IMG/VR virus record: IMGVR_UViG_3300030101_003124
Location: 1-64,000 of that record
DNA from: an uncultured virus (IMG/VR IMGVR_UViG_3300030101_003124)
Taxonomy: Duplodnaviria > Heunggongvirae > Uroviricota > Caudoviricetes > Crassvirales
DNA: 64,000 bases
Reading direction: 5' to 3' (one strand)
Shown: piece after piece, positions 19,388 through 29,091 of the stretch
Numbering within the stretch: position 1 is the stretch's first letter
Layout of the letters: each line of letters starts with the position of its first letter
The notes under the pieces: model-generated
Told to the model about the DNA's origin: nothing
The model's database searches: none
The model's input: the letters and a program-made list of their open reading frames with translations, nothing else
Position numbers and translations under genes: made by a program

Positions 19388-19953
19388 TGACAATGCAAGC
19401 ATCGGGACTGATAAAGTTCTCTCAAATAATGGCTGAAATAGATAGTGATGAAGAACCTTTTAGATTAGGTCACGCTAATAATGGTATTTATGAAAATATA
19501 AATATTACTAATAGTAATGCAAATAAACCAGACACTGTTGATCCAGATAGAATAAGCGAGTGGTATAAATACCAACACAACAATAGTGTTAGTACAACAC
19601 CATTTAGCGATTCAAATAACAGTAATAGTGGGGCAACTGGTTCAATAACAGTTTCAACAGGTACATATGTACCTTGGACTGCTAGCACATCTGCTTCATG
19701 GATAACAATAAGCGCATCGTCTAGTTCTGGTACTGGAAATGGAACAGTTAGTTACACTATAGCTTCAAACTCAGGTAGCTCTAGATCAGCAACAGTTGTA
19801 GTTACTTTTACAGTAGGAACAAGCAGTGGGTCTCACCCATCTGGTGCTAATAGTAGCACAACAAGAAGCACGAATGTAAGTCAAAATGCTGGAAGCGGTG
19901 GCGGCGGTGGCGGAGATGGTCCTCCTCCAGGTGGTGGTCGTGGCGAACCATAG
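19387..19953 (+). CDS. BACON-domain protein
   Basis: ITVS..WTASTSASWITI..SGTGNGTVSYTIASN..RSATVVV. Confidence 0.7.
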   Translation: MTMQASGLIKFSQIMAEIDSDEEPFRLGHANNGIYENINITNSNANKPDTVDPDRISEWYKYQHNNSVSTTPFSDSNNSNSGATGSITVSTGTYVPWTASTSASWITISASSSSGTGNGTVSYTIASNSGSSRSATVVVTFTVGTSSGSHPSGANSSTTRSTNVSQNAGSGGGGGGDGPPPGGGRGEP

Positions 19954-19987
19954 GTAAAAAATGTGAAAATAGCGTAATAATATAATC

Positions 19988-20314
19988 ATGGCAATAACAT
20001 ATACATATAAGATAAATAACGTAAGAGTGTATTCAACTAGTGAGTTAACCGATATAGTTAGCGAAGTTGACTATACTTATACAGCTACTGAAGGAACTGG
20101 AGACGATAAAGTTAGCGTCTTTCATGACTTCATGGTAACGTTAAATGAACCTGATAAGAATAATTTTAAAGCTTTCAATGATCTTACAGAGGCAGAAGTA
20201 AGAAATTTTGTTAAATCTGTAGCTGACGTTGAAGGTAGTAAATACATATTAAATTCTTATTTAGAGGCAAAAAAAGCCCCTGTAAAAGTAGACAAAGTTC
20301 TACCTTGGGCATAA
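19988..20314 (+). CDS. Hypothetical protein (tail-assembly type), 108 aa
   Basis: MAITYTYKI...FNDLTEAEV...LPW pattern often seen next to phage fibres. Confidence 0.6.
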   Translation: MAITYTYKINNVRVYSTSELTDIVSEVDYTYTATEGTGDDKVSVFHDFMVTLNEPDKNNFKAFNDLTEAEVRNFVKSVADVEGSKYILNSYLEAKKAPVKVDKVLPWA

Positions 20315-20341
20315 AATTAAGTTAAATTAAATAAATAAATT

Positions 20342-20614
20342 ATGGCAAAGAAAACAAATGATTTAAAAATCACTGACAAAGAATTAGAAAATATTCAGTC
20401 AAAAGTAAAGGATATACAAGCTATCGAGGCTAACATAGGAAGAACTGAAATAGCTAAAATGTCGATGCTTGAACAAGTTAAGTTGTTACAAACAGATATT
20501 CAAGGAATACAAGTAGAACTTGAAGAAAAGTACGGTAAAGTTTCTGTAAACTTACAAGACGGTACAATATCTGAGATACCTGAAGAAGATGGAGAAGCTG
20601 ATAAGAAAGATTAG
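20342..20614 (+). CDS. Coiled-coil protein, 90 aa
   Basis: Heptad pattern; LEEKYG.VSVNLQDG. Confidence 0.7.
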   Translation: MAKKTNDLKITDKELENIQSKVKDIQAIEANIGRTEIAKMSMLEQVKLLQTDIQGIQVELEEKYGKVSVNLQDGTISEIPEEDGEADKKD

Positions 20615-20810
20615 TATTGGTAAAGATTATAAAAACGATGCCATGCATTACTCTGTAGGCCAAGAGGTTTATGGTGGGCATACTATTGAAGCTATATTAG
20701 AGGATAAAGATAAGTTTAGCGTTTATATAAAAAAGAACGATGAAATTATACCTTGGAAAGATTTCAATAAAAACATGGCAATATCTGTTGAATATAACCT
20801 AGAGTATTAG
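20589..20810 (+). CDS. Hypothetical protein, 73 aa
   Basis: ORF track; overlaps both neighbours. Confidence 0.7.
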   Translation: MEKLIRKISIGKDYKNDAMHYSVGQEVYGGHTIEAILEDKDKFSVYIKKNDEIIPWKDFNKNMAISVEYNLEY

Positions 20811-21406
20811 TGAAAGGTGTACAAAACTTTATAATAAAACCATTAGGTAGTAGATATAACAACGAGAAAAAAATTGGTGATAAAAATCTTATATTAAATA
20901 CAGATATTTTTCAACATAAATTTGTAAATAGACACGCTGTTGTTATAGAAACTCCTACTGTTGGTGATACAAAAATAAAAAAAGGTGACACTGTTATAGT
21001 GCACCATAATGTTTTTCGTAGATGGCATGATGTAAAAGGTGTTGAAAGAAATAGCAAAAGCTATTACAAAGACGGTTTATATTTTGTTTATCCAGATCAA
21101 GTTTTTGCTTATAATAATGGTAAAGAGTGGTTAGCTACCGATGGTTTTTGTTTTGTACAACCTATTGAAAACGATAGTGTGTATAGCATAAATGCAGAAA
21201 AAGAATTAGCAGGTATATTGTTTTACCCAGATAAACACTTAACTGATGCAGGTTTAAAAAAAGGAGACTTAGTTGGTTTTAAACCTAACACTGCTTACGA
21301 GTTTACAATAGATGGTAAGAAATTATATAGAATTATGAACCACTCAATTACAATTAAATATGAGTACAAAGGAAACGAAAAAGAGTATAATCCAAGCTGG
21401 TCATAA
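20810..21406 (+). CDS. Protein with two GroES-like repeats (GTG start)
   Basis: FIIKP..AVVIETP..IKKGDTVIV and CFVQP..GILFY..LKKGDLVGF..IDGKKLYRI. Confidence 0.5.
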   Translation: MKGVQNFIIKPLGSRYNNEKKIGDKNLILNTDIFQHKFVNRHAVVIETPTVGDTKIKKGDTVIVHHNVFRRWHDVKGVERNSKSYYKDGLYFVYPDQVFAYNNGKEWLATDGFCFVQPIENDSVYSINAEKELAGILFYPDKHLTDAGLKKGDLVGFKPNTAYEFTIDGKKLYRIMNHSITIKYEYKGNEKEYNPSWS

Positions 21407-21635
21407 AGCTGTTGAAGAATTAATAAAAGTAGCTAAAGAACCTATAGTCGATAGCGATGATGATATATCAGCTGATAGATTAAAAAATGCTGCAGCAACA
21501 AAAAAGCTAGCTATATTTGATGCTTTTGAAATATTAAATAGAATACAAGACGAGCAAGATATGCTTGACGGTAAAGCAAAAGAAGAGAAAAAAGAAGAAA
21601 GTTTTTCTGGTTTTGCTGAAAGAAGATCTAAGTAA
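21360..21635 (+). CDS. Putative terminase small subunit or helical protein
   Basis: 91 aa, helical; TAATG-coupled to terL. Confidence 0.45.
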   Translation: MSTKETKKSIIQAGHKAVEELIKVAKEPIVDSDDDISADRLKNAAATKKLAIFDAFEILNRIQDEQDMLDGKAKEEKKEESFSGFAERRSK

Positions 21636-23851
21636 TGTACGAGCAAAGCTTATATAAGGTTATAGAACCTATAAAAATAAACACCATTAAAAGATTAAAT
21701 AAATCTAAAAAATGGGAATATGGATATAATAAAGAACACGATGTTATAGTTGTATCTAAAACTGGTATGATAGGTGAAATCTATGAAATACAAAACTTAA
21801 AAATAGCTTTACCAAAAAAACCTAAAGATATTTATAAGTTTAAAAGCGATAGGTGGGAAGTAACTGAATATCCAAAAGAATTAAATAGAATAAAAACGAT
21901 ATTTGATTGGAAAGAATATCCTAAAGATTTTAAAAGTAAGTACATAGATTATATAGAAAATGAGTTTAAAAAAAGAGAAGAAGGTTTTTGGTATTATAAC
22001 AAAGGTGTTTCTACTTATATTACTGGTACTCATTACATGTACTTGCAGTGGTCCAAAATTGATGTTGGGAAACCAGACTTTAGAGAAGCAAATAGATTAT
22101 TCTACATCTTTTGGGAAGCTTGTAAAGCAGACAGAAGGTGTTATGGAATGTGCTATCTTAAAAACCGTAGATCGGGATTCTCGTTTATGGCCTCAGGAGA
22201 GGTGGTTAATGCAGCTACTATTAGTTCCGATTCACGATTCGGCATATTGTCCAAATCTGGGCCCGACGCTAAGAAAATGTTCACAGATAAGGTGGTCCCA
22301 ATATCGGTCAATTATCCGTTCTTTTTTAAACCCATACAGGACGGTATGGATAGACCAAAAACCGAACTCGCATATAGAGTACCCGCTAGTAAGCTCACAA
22401 GACGGAACATTACAAGTACCGATAAACCCGAAGCCCTACAAGGACTCGATACAACGATCGATTGGAAGAACACCGGTGATAACTCCTATGATGGAGAGAA
22501 ACTTAAACTCCTCGTCCATGATGAATCAGGGAAGTGGGAAAGGCCAAACAACATCCTCAACAACTGGAGGGTCACGAAAACAACATTAAGGTTAGGTAGT
22601 AGAATTATTGGTAAGTGTATGATGGGCTCAACGTCAAATGCTTTAGATAAAGGTGGTGATAACTTTAAAAAACTTTATAAAGATTCAGATGTCACAAAAA
22701 GAAACCGCAACGGACAGACTAGTTCGGGATTATATAGTTTGTTCATACCTATGGAATGGAACTACGAAGGATTCATTGATTCTTATGGCTTACCTGTATT
22801 CGAAACACCCGATACTGAGACAACAGGACCCCATGGAGATTATATCGATACAGGGATTATCGAGCATTGGCAAAACGAAGTTGACGGATTAAAACACGAT
22901 GGAGACGCTTTAAATGAATTTTATAGACAGTTTCCAAGAACTGAAGAACATGCTTTCAGAGATGAAACTAAAAACAGTATATTTAATTTAGCAAAAATAT
23001 ACGAGCAAATAGATTTTAATGAAGAGTTAAATAGTAGTGCAGCTATAACTACTGGTAACTTTCAATGGGTTAATGGTATAAAAGATACAAGAGTTATATT
23101 TTATCCTGACATAAAAGGAAGGTTTAAGGTATCATGGGTACCACCTAGTAGACTACAAAATAATATTATATTAAAAAATAATAGAAAATATCCTGGTAAC
23201 GAGCACATGGGTGCTTTTGGTTGTGATAGTTATGATATATCAGGCACAGTTGATGGTAAAGGATCTAAAGGTGCTTTACACGGTTTAACTAAGTTTAGTA
23301 TGGAAGACTGTCCACCTAGTCAGTTCTTTTTAGAATATATAGCTAGACCAGCAACCGCAGAGATGTTTTTTGAAGATGTTTTAATGGCTTTAGTATTTTA
23401 CGGGATGCCATTACTTGCAGAGAATAATAAACCTCGTCTATTGTATTATTTACGAAGACGTGGTTATAGAGGTTTTTCAATGAATAGACCTGATAAAGTT
23501 TGGAATAAATTATCAGTTGCTGAAAAAGAAGTGGGTGGTATACCAAACTCAAGTGAAGATATTAAACAAGCACATGCAGCTGCTATTGAAATGTATATAC
23601 AAGAGCACGTTGGTATGAAGTCAGATGGTTCTCATGGTACAATGTATCTTACAGAAACTTTACAAGACTGGGCTAAGTTTAATATAAACAATAGAACAAA
23701 GTACGATGCTACTATAAGTTCTGGTTTAGCTATTATGGCTTGTAACAGACACTTATATACGCCAAATGCTAATATAGAAAAACAGAAATTAAACATAAGT
23801 ATTGCCAGATATAAAAACGATGGTAGTATATCAAAACTAATACAAAATTAA
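21635..23851 (+). CDS. terL: Terminase large subunit
   Basis: Walker A-like LKNRRSGFS, Walker B LLVHDESGK, GST motif, nuclease GAFGCDSYD. Confidence 0.9.
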   Translation: MYEQSLYKVIEPIKINTIKRLNKSKKWEYGYNKEHDVIVVSKTGMIGEIYEIQNLKIALPKKPKDIYKFKSDRWEVTEYPKELNRIKTIFDWKEYPKDFKSKYIDYIENEFKKREEGFWYYNKGVSTYITGTHYMYLQWSKIDVGKPDFREANRLFYIFWEACKADRRCYGMCYLKNRRSGFSFMASGEVVNAATISSDSRFGILSKSGPDAKKMFTDKVVPISVNYPFFFKPIQDGMDRPKTELAYRVPASKLTRRNITSTDKPEALQGLDTTIDWKNTGDNSYDGEKLKLLVHDESGKWERPNNILNNWRVTKTTLRLGSRIIGKCMMGSTSNALDKGGDNFKKLYKDSDVTKRNRNGQTSSGLYSLFIPMEWNYEGFIDSYGLPVFETPDTETTGPHGDYIDTGIIEHWQNEVDGLKHDGDALNEFYRQFPRTEEHAFRDETKNSIFNLAKIYEQIDFNEELNSSAAITTGNFQWVNGIKDTRVIFYPDIKGRFKVSWVPPSRLQNNIILKNNRKYPGNEHMGAFGCDSYDISGTVDGKGSKGALHGLTKFSMEDCPPSQFFLEYIARPATAEMFFEDVLMALVFYGMPLLAENNKPRLLYYLRRRGYRGFSMNRPDKVWNKLSVAEKEVGGIPNSSEDIKQAHAAAIEMYIQEHVGMKSDGSHGTMYLTETLQDWAKFNINNRTKYDATISSGLAIMACNRHLYTPNANIEKQKLNISIARYKNDGSISKLIQN
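21960..22589 (+). CDS. Candidate overprinted +1-frame gene inside terL, 209 aa
   Basis: Long alternate ORF coinciding with atypical terL codon choice (CTC, GTC, ATC). Confidence 0.4.
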   Translation: MSLKKEKKVFGIITKVFLLILLVLITCTCSGPKLMLGNQTLEKQIDYSTSFGKLVKQTEGVMECAILKTVDRDSRLWPQERWLMQLLLVPIHDSAYCPNLGPTLRKCSQIRWSQYRSIIRSFLNPYRTVWIDQKPNSHIEYPLVSSQDGTLQVPINPKPYKDSIQRSIGRTPVITPMMERNLNSSSMMNQGSGKGQTTSSTTGGSRKQH

Positions 23852-23852
23852 T

Positions 23853-26270
23853 ATGGCTGAGTCAGTTGTAAAAAGTAATTTTCCGAGTCAAATCGCAAGC
23901 GATTTAGAAAAGCTGAGTCCAGAGTATGGGCTAGAAGTGGCTAAAGCCATTGAAAGTGAGTGGTTTGATAGAGATACGGGTGCTAATAGATATTTTAATA
24001 ATATAAACGAGTTTCATAAACTAAGGCTTTATGCTCGTGGAGAACAATCTGTGCAAAAATATAAAGACGAGTTATCTATAAACGGAGATATGTCTTATCT
24101 TAATTTAGACTGGAAACCAGTTCCTATTATACCTAAGTTTGTAGATATAGTAGTGAATGGTATTGCAGAAAGAACCTATGACGTAAAAGCATTTTCACAA
24201 GATCCTTTTGGTATATCTAAAAGAACTAAATACATGGAAGGTGTTTTAGCTGACATGAGAACTAAGGAATTAACTAACTTAGCTCAAACAGCATTTGGTA
24301 TAAGCATAGGTCAATATCCAGAGCCTGAATTACCTGATTCAAAAGAAGAGTTAGAATTACATATGGCTTTAACTTACAAACAAGCTATTGAGCTTGCTGA
24401 GGAACAGGCTATAAATACTTTATTTGAGTCTAACAAGTATGAGTATACTAAGAAAAGATTTTATTATGATTTAACTGTTTTAGGTATTGGTTGTGTAAAA
24501 AATACATTTAATACTTCTGAAGGAGTTAAAATAGAATATGTAGATCCAGCTGATATTGTTTATTCACATACAGATTCACCTTATTTTGATGATATATATT
24601 ATGTAGGTGAAATGAAAACAATACCTGTAAATGAGTTAAAAAAACAATTTCCAGACTTAGACGAGGATAAATTAAAAGAAATAACAAGTTCTGCTTTATA
24701 TAAGAAAAGTAGACACATGCACACACACAATGCTCATCATGACAAAATAGACCAGAACCAAGTTCAAGTTTTATATTTTAATTATAAAACATATATGAAT
24801 GAGGTTTATAAAGTTAAAGAAACAGCTACAGGTTCTGATAAAGCTATATTAAAAGATGATCAATTTAATCCACCTGTTAGCGATAACTTTGAAAAAGTAG
24901 AAAGATCTTTAGAGGTTTTATATGAAGGTGTTTTAATATTAGGTACTGATATATTATTAAAGTGGGAAATGGCTAGAAATATGATGAGGCCAAAAAGTGA
25001 TAATTCAAAAGTAAAAATGAATTATGCTATAGTTGCACCACGTATGTATCAAGGTGAAATAGATTCTTTAGTAAAACGTATTACAGGTTTTGCTGATATG
25101 GTTCAATTAACACATTTAAAGCTGCAACAAGTTATGTCTAGATTAATACCTGATGGTATTTATTTAGATGCTGATGGTTTAGCTGAAATAGATTTAGGTA
25201 ATGGAACAAACTATAATCCACAAGAAGCATTAAACATGTTCTTCCAAACTGGTAGTATTATAGGTAGATCTATGACTGGTGATGGTGAAATGAATCCTGG
25301 TAAAATACCTATACAAGAAATACAAAGCGGTAGTGGTGGTCAAAAACTACAGAGTTTAATTAGTACATATAATTATTATTTGCAAATGATAAGAGATGTG
25401 ACTGGATTAAACGAGGCTAGAGACGCTAGTGTGCCTGATGCTAAGTCTTTAGTTGGTATACAAAAAATGGCAGCTGCTAATAGTAATACTGCTACTAGAC
25501 ATATATTACAAGCTGGGTTGTTTTTAACAGCTGAAACCGCTGAGTCTTTATCGTTAAGGGTATCTGATATTATAGAATACTCACCAACAAAAGAAGCATT
25601 TATACAAAAAATAGGTGCTCACAATGTAGGTACGTTAGAGGAAATGTCCAACTTACATCTACATGATTTTGGTATATTTATAGAGTTATCACCTGATGAT
25701 GAAGAAAAACAGATATTAGAAAACAATATACAACAAGCGTTGTCTCAACAATCAATAGATTTAGAAGACGCAATTGATCTTAGAGAAATTAAAAATGTTA
25801 AATTAGCTAACAGATTATTAAAAATTAAACGTAGAAAGAAACAAGAAAAAGATCAAAAAATACAACAGCAAAATATGCAGGCTCAATCACAGGCTAACGC
25901 TCAACAACAACAAGCTGCCGCAGAAGCTGAAGTACAAAAACAACAAGCGTTAACTCAAAATAACATTGCTTTTGAAGAAGCTAAAGATGCAATTGAAGAA
26001 AGAAAGCAAATGAGAGAAATGCAAATGAAAAAAGATTTAATGGATCACGAGTTTCAGTTAAACATGCAATTAAAAAGAGTTGAAACTGATGCATTAGCTA
26101 ATAAAGAATCTATGAAGGAAGATAGAAAAGATGAACGTACTAGAATACAAGCGTCTCAACAGTCTGAATTAATAGATCAAAGAAAAAAAGATAAAGCACC
26201 TAAAAAGTTTGAATCAAAAGGTAACGATGGATTAGGTGGTTTTGATCTAGGTCAATTTATGCCTAGATAA
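23853..26270 (+). CDS. Portal protein
   Basis: 805 aa directly after terL; IIPKFVDIVV, IRDVTGLNEARD, C-terminal Q-rich coiled coil. Confidence 0.85.
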   Translation: MAESVVKSNFPSQIASDLEKLSPEYGLEVAKAIESEWFDRDTGANRYFNNINEFHKLRLYARGEQSVQKYKDELSINGDMSYLNLDWKPVPIIPKFVDIVVNGIAERTYDVKAFSQDPFGISKRTKYMEGVLADMRTKELTNLAQTAFGISIGQYPEPELPDSKEELELHMALTYKQAIELAEEQAINTLFESNKYEYTKKRFYYDLTVLGIGCVKNTFNTSEGVKIEYVDPADIVYSHTDSPYFDDIYYVGEMKTIPVNELKKQFPDLDEDKLKEITSSALYKKSRHMHTHNAHHDKIDQNQVQVLYFNYKTYMNEVYKVKETATGSDKAILKDDQFNPPVSDNFEKVERSLEVLYEGVLILGTDILLKWEMARNMMRPKSDNSKVKMNYAIVAPRMYQGEIDSLVKRITGFADMVQLTHLKLQQVMSRLIPDGIYLDADGLAEIDLGNGTNYNPQEALNMFFQTGSIIGRSMTGDGEMNPGKIPIQEIQSGSGGQKLQSLISTYNYYLQMIRDVTGLNEARDASVPDAKSLVGIQKMAAANSNTATRHILQAGLFLTAETAESLSLRVSDIIEYSPTKEAFIQKIGAHNVGTLEEMSNLHLHDFGIFIELSPDDEEKQILENNIQQALSQQSIDLEDAIDLREIKNVKLANRLLKIKRRKKQEKDQKIQQQNMQAQSQANAQQQQAAAEAEVQKQQALTQNNIAFEEAKDAIEERKQMREMQMKKDLMDHEFQLNMQLKRVETDALANKESMKEDRKDERTRIQASQQSELIDQRKKDKAPKKFESKGNDGLGGFDLGQFMPR

Positions 26271-26295
26271 TTGTTTAATTATATAATATTATATT

Positions 26296-27504
26296 ATGGA
26301 AGAAAAAAATGAAAACCCAGTAGTAGAAACTACTGAGCAAAAAGACGTGCCACAAGAAACTGGTAAGTTAAAAGCTAAAAAACCTAAAAATTTAGGAAAA
26401 GTTAATGAACCTGCTGTAGCAAAAGTTGATATGGCAAAGGTTGAAGAAAAACAACAAGAAGCTACTGAAGAAGTGGCTAAAGTTGATTTATCTGAAGATA
26501 AAAAAGAAGAAGTTGTAGAAGAAGTTAAAGAAACTGTAGAAGATGTTAAGGAAGAAGAAACTCCTGTAATAGAAGAAATAGTAGATGAAGAAACTTCTGA
26601 TGAAAAAACTGTAGAAGAGGTAAAAGAACAAGTTGAAGAAGCTGTACAAGAAGCTCAACAAACTGGTGAACCTTTACCGGAAAACATACAGAAAGTTGTA
26701 GATTTTATAAATGAAACAGGTGGTAGTTTAGATGATTACGTTAGTTTAAATAAAGACTATAGTAACTTTGACAACGAAGCTTTGTTAAGAGAGTACTACA
26801 AACAAACAAAACCTCATCTATCTAGTGAAGAAATTAATTTTATGCTAGAAGATCAATTTTCGTATGACGAAAACACTGAAGATGAGCGTGATATTAAAAG
26901 AAAAAAATTGGCGTTAAAGGAGCAAGTTGCGAACGCTAAGTCCCACTTAGACGGGCTAAAGTCTAAATATTACGAAGAAATCAAAGCTGGAAGTAAACTG
27001 CTCCCAGAGCAACAGAAAGCAGTTGATTTTTTCAATCGTTACAATAAAGAAGCTGAACAGAATCAAAAACTTCTTGACAGACAACAAAACATTTTCAACA
27101 AAAAGACTAATGAAGTCTTTAACGAAAAGTTCAAAGGTTTTGAATTTAACGTAGGTGAAAAAAAGTATAGGTTTAACGTTAAGAATGCAGATGAGGTAAA
27201 ACAACAGCAAAGTAGTATTGATAATTTTGTTTCTAAATTTTTAGGCAAAGACAATACTATAGATAATGCTAAAGATTATCACAAATCGTTGTTTACCGCT
27301 ATGAATCCAGATGCTGTGGCTAGACACTTTTATGAACAAGGAAAAGCTGATGCTATTAAAGATAGTGTTGCTAAATCTAAGAACATTAACATGGATCCTA
27401 GAGCGCAACACTCAACTAATAAATCAGAATTTATTGATGGTATAAAAGTTAGACACGTAGCTGGTAGTTCTGCTAGTGACTTTAAAGTGCGAATTAAAAA
27501 ATAA
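26296..27504 (+). CDS. Putative capsid scaffolding protein
   Basis: Very acidic N-terminus, helical C-terminus; between portal and MCP. Confidence 0.7.
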   Translation: MEEKNENPVVETTEQKDVPQETGKLKAKKPKNLGKVNEPAVAKVDMAKVEEKQQEATEEVAKVDLSEDKKEEVVEEVKETVEDVKEEETPVIEEIVDEETSDEKTVEEVKEQVEEAVQEAQQTGEPLPENIQKVVDFINETGGSLDDYVSLNKDYSNFDNEALLREYYKQTKPHLSSEEINFMLEDQFSYDENTEDERDIKRKKLALKEQVANAKSHLDGLKSKYYEEIKAGSKLLPEQQKAVDFFNRYNKEAEQNQKLLDRQQNIFNKKTNEVFNEKFKGFEFNVGEKKYRFNVKNADEVKQQQSSIDNFVSKFLGKDNTIDNAKDYHKSLFTAMNPDAVARHFYEQGKADAIKDSVAKSKNINMDPRAQHSTNKSEFIDGIKVRHVAGSSASDFKVRIKK

Positions 27505-27531
27505 AGTTTAACATATTAAAAATTAGAAATT

Positions 27532-29019
27532 ATGCCTTTTCAAAATTCCGGGGCTGGAACAGCCCTAGCAAATTTGACTCCGCGACCAACTCAGATCACA
27601 GCATGGGATAACTACATGTCATTTGACTCTGCTTCAGGTGGTGGAACATTCTTACAGCAATTTCTACCTGAAATTTATGAAAAAGAAGTCGAAAGATATG
27701 GTAAAAGAACTGTATCAGGTTTCTTAAAAATGGTAGGTGCTGAAATGCCTTTAGCTTCTGATCAAGTAATTTGGTCTGAGCAAGGTAGATTACATATCGC
27801 TTATGATGACAGCGTTGCAGGTGAAGCTTGTAACATTGTTGTTGCTGCTGATAATACAATAGCTTTACCAACTGGACACCAAGTTCAAATTAACGATACT
27901 ATTATCGTTAGAAACTTGACACAAGCAAGTGCTCCAGTTATGAAAGCAAGAGTTAGTGCAGTTAATGGATCTGGTGGCGCACCTGCTTCAGGTATCGTTG
28001 CTCTTCCTTATGCTACTAACGATTTTGCAGACTCTGGTTTTGGTTACGCAAACAACGATAACTTAGCGTTATTTGTTTATGGTAACGAATTCGGTAAAGG
28101 ATCTGCAAACTTAACAAGATCTATGGACGCGAGTTTTACTCAGTTCTCTAACAGACCAATGATCATTAGAGATAGATACTCTGTTACTGGTTCTAACACT
28201 GCTCAAATCGGTTGGGTTGAAGTTACTACTGAAAACGGAGCTTCTGGTTACTTATGGTACTTAAAGTCTGAAGCAGAAACTAGATTAAGATTCGAAGATT
28301 ACCTAGAGATGGCAATGATCGAGGCTGAAGAAGTTGAGTCTGGTTCTGCTATCAGCGGTGTATCTGGTTCACAAGGTTTATTTGACGCTCTAGAATCTAG
28401 AGGTTTAGTATTTACTGGAACTGACTTTGATGTACAAACGGGTGCAAACTCAAGTGGTGTTTCAACTGCTTACGTATTCCAAAGTGGTTTAGCTGAATTT
28501 GATGCTATTCTTCAAGAATTAGATAGTCAAGGTGCTATTGAAGAAAACATGATGTTCTTAGATAGAGGAACTTCTCTTGAAATTGACAACATGCTTGCTT
28601 CTCAAAACTCTGCAGTAGTTGGTGGATCATCTTACGGTGTATTCAACAATGAAGAAGATATGGCGCTTAATTTAGGTTTCTCTGGTTTCAGAAGAGGTTC
28701 TTATGACTTCTACAAAACTGACTGGAAATATTTAAATGACTCTGTAACACGAGGAAACTTCAGCGATGTTGAAGGTCTTATTGTACCAGCTGGTACTTCT
28801 ACTGTATACGATGAAAGCTTAGGTAAAAACATAGCTAGACCGTTCTTACACGTTAGATATAGAGCTTCAGAAGCAGATGATAGAAAGATGAAATCATGGA
28901 TTACTGGTTCAGTAGGTGGTAACTACACTTCTGACGAAGATGCTATGAATGTAAACTTCTTATCAGAAAGATGTTTATGTGTTCAAGCTGCGAATAACTT
29001 CGTATTATTGAAATCATAA
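27532..29019 (+). CDS. Major capsid protein
   Basis: 495 aa after the scaffold; strongly biased codons (TTC, AAC, ATC, TAC); followed by a strong hairpin. Confidence 0.8.
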   Translation: MPFQNSGAGTALANLTPRPTQITAWDNYMSFDSASGGGTFLQQFLPEIYEKEVERYGKRTVSGFLKMVGAEMPLASDQVIWSEQGRLHIAYDDSVAGEACNIVVAADNTIALPTGHQVQINDTIIVRNLTQASAPVMKARVSAVNGSGGAPASGIVALPYATNDFADSGFGYANNDNLALFVYGNEFGKGSANLTRSMDASFTQFSNRPMIIRDRYSVTGSNTAQIGWVEVTTENGASGYLWYLKSEAETRLRFEDYLEMAMIEAEEVESGSAISGVSGSQGLFDALESRGLVFTGTDFDVQTGANSSGVSTAYVFQSGLAEFDAILQELDSQGAIEENMMFLDRGTSLEIDNMLASQNSAVVGGSSYGVFNNEEDMALNLGFSGFRRGSYDFYKTDWKYLNDSVTRGNFSDVEGLIVPAGTSTVYDESLGKNIARPFLHVRYRASEADDRKMKSWITGSVGGNYTSDEDAMNVNFLSERCLCVQAANNFVLLKS

Positions 29020-29030
29020 CAACTATTATT

Positions 29031-29064
29031 AAAAGCAAAGGGAGCTTCGGCTCCCTCGGCTTTT
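29031..29064 (+). terminator. Rho-independent terminator after MCP
   Basis: AGGGAGC-TTCG-GCTCCCT, extended by AAAAGC/GCTTTT and a T-rich tail. Confidence 0.8.
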
Positions 29065-29091
29065 ATTTATTAACTTTTATTATATTATATC

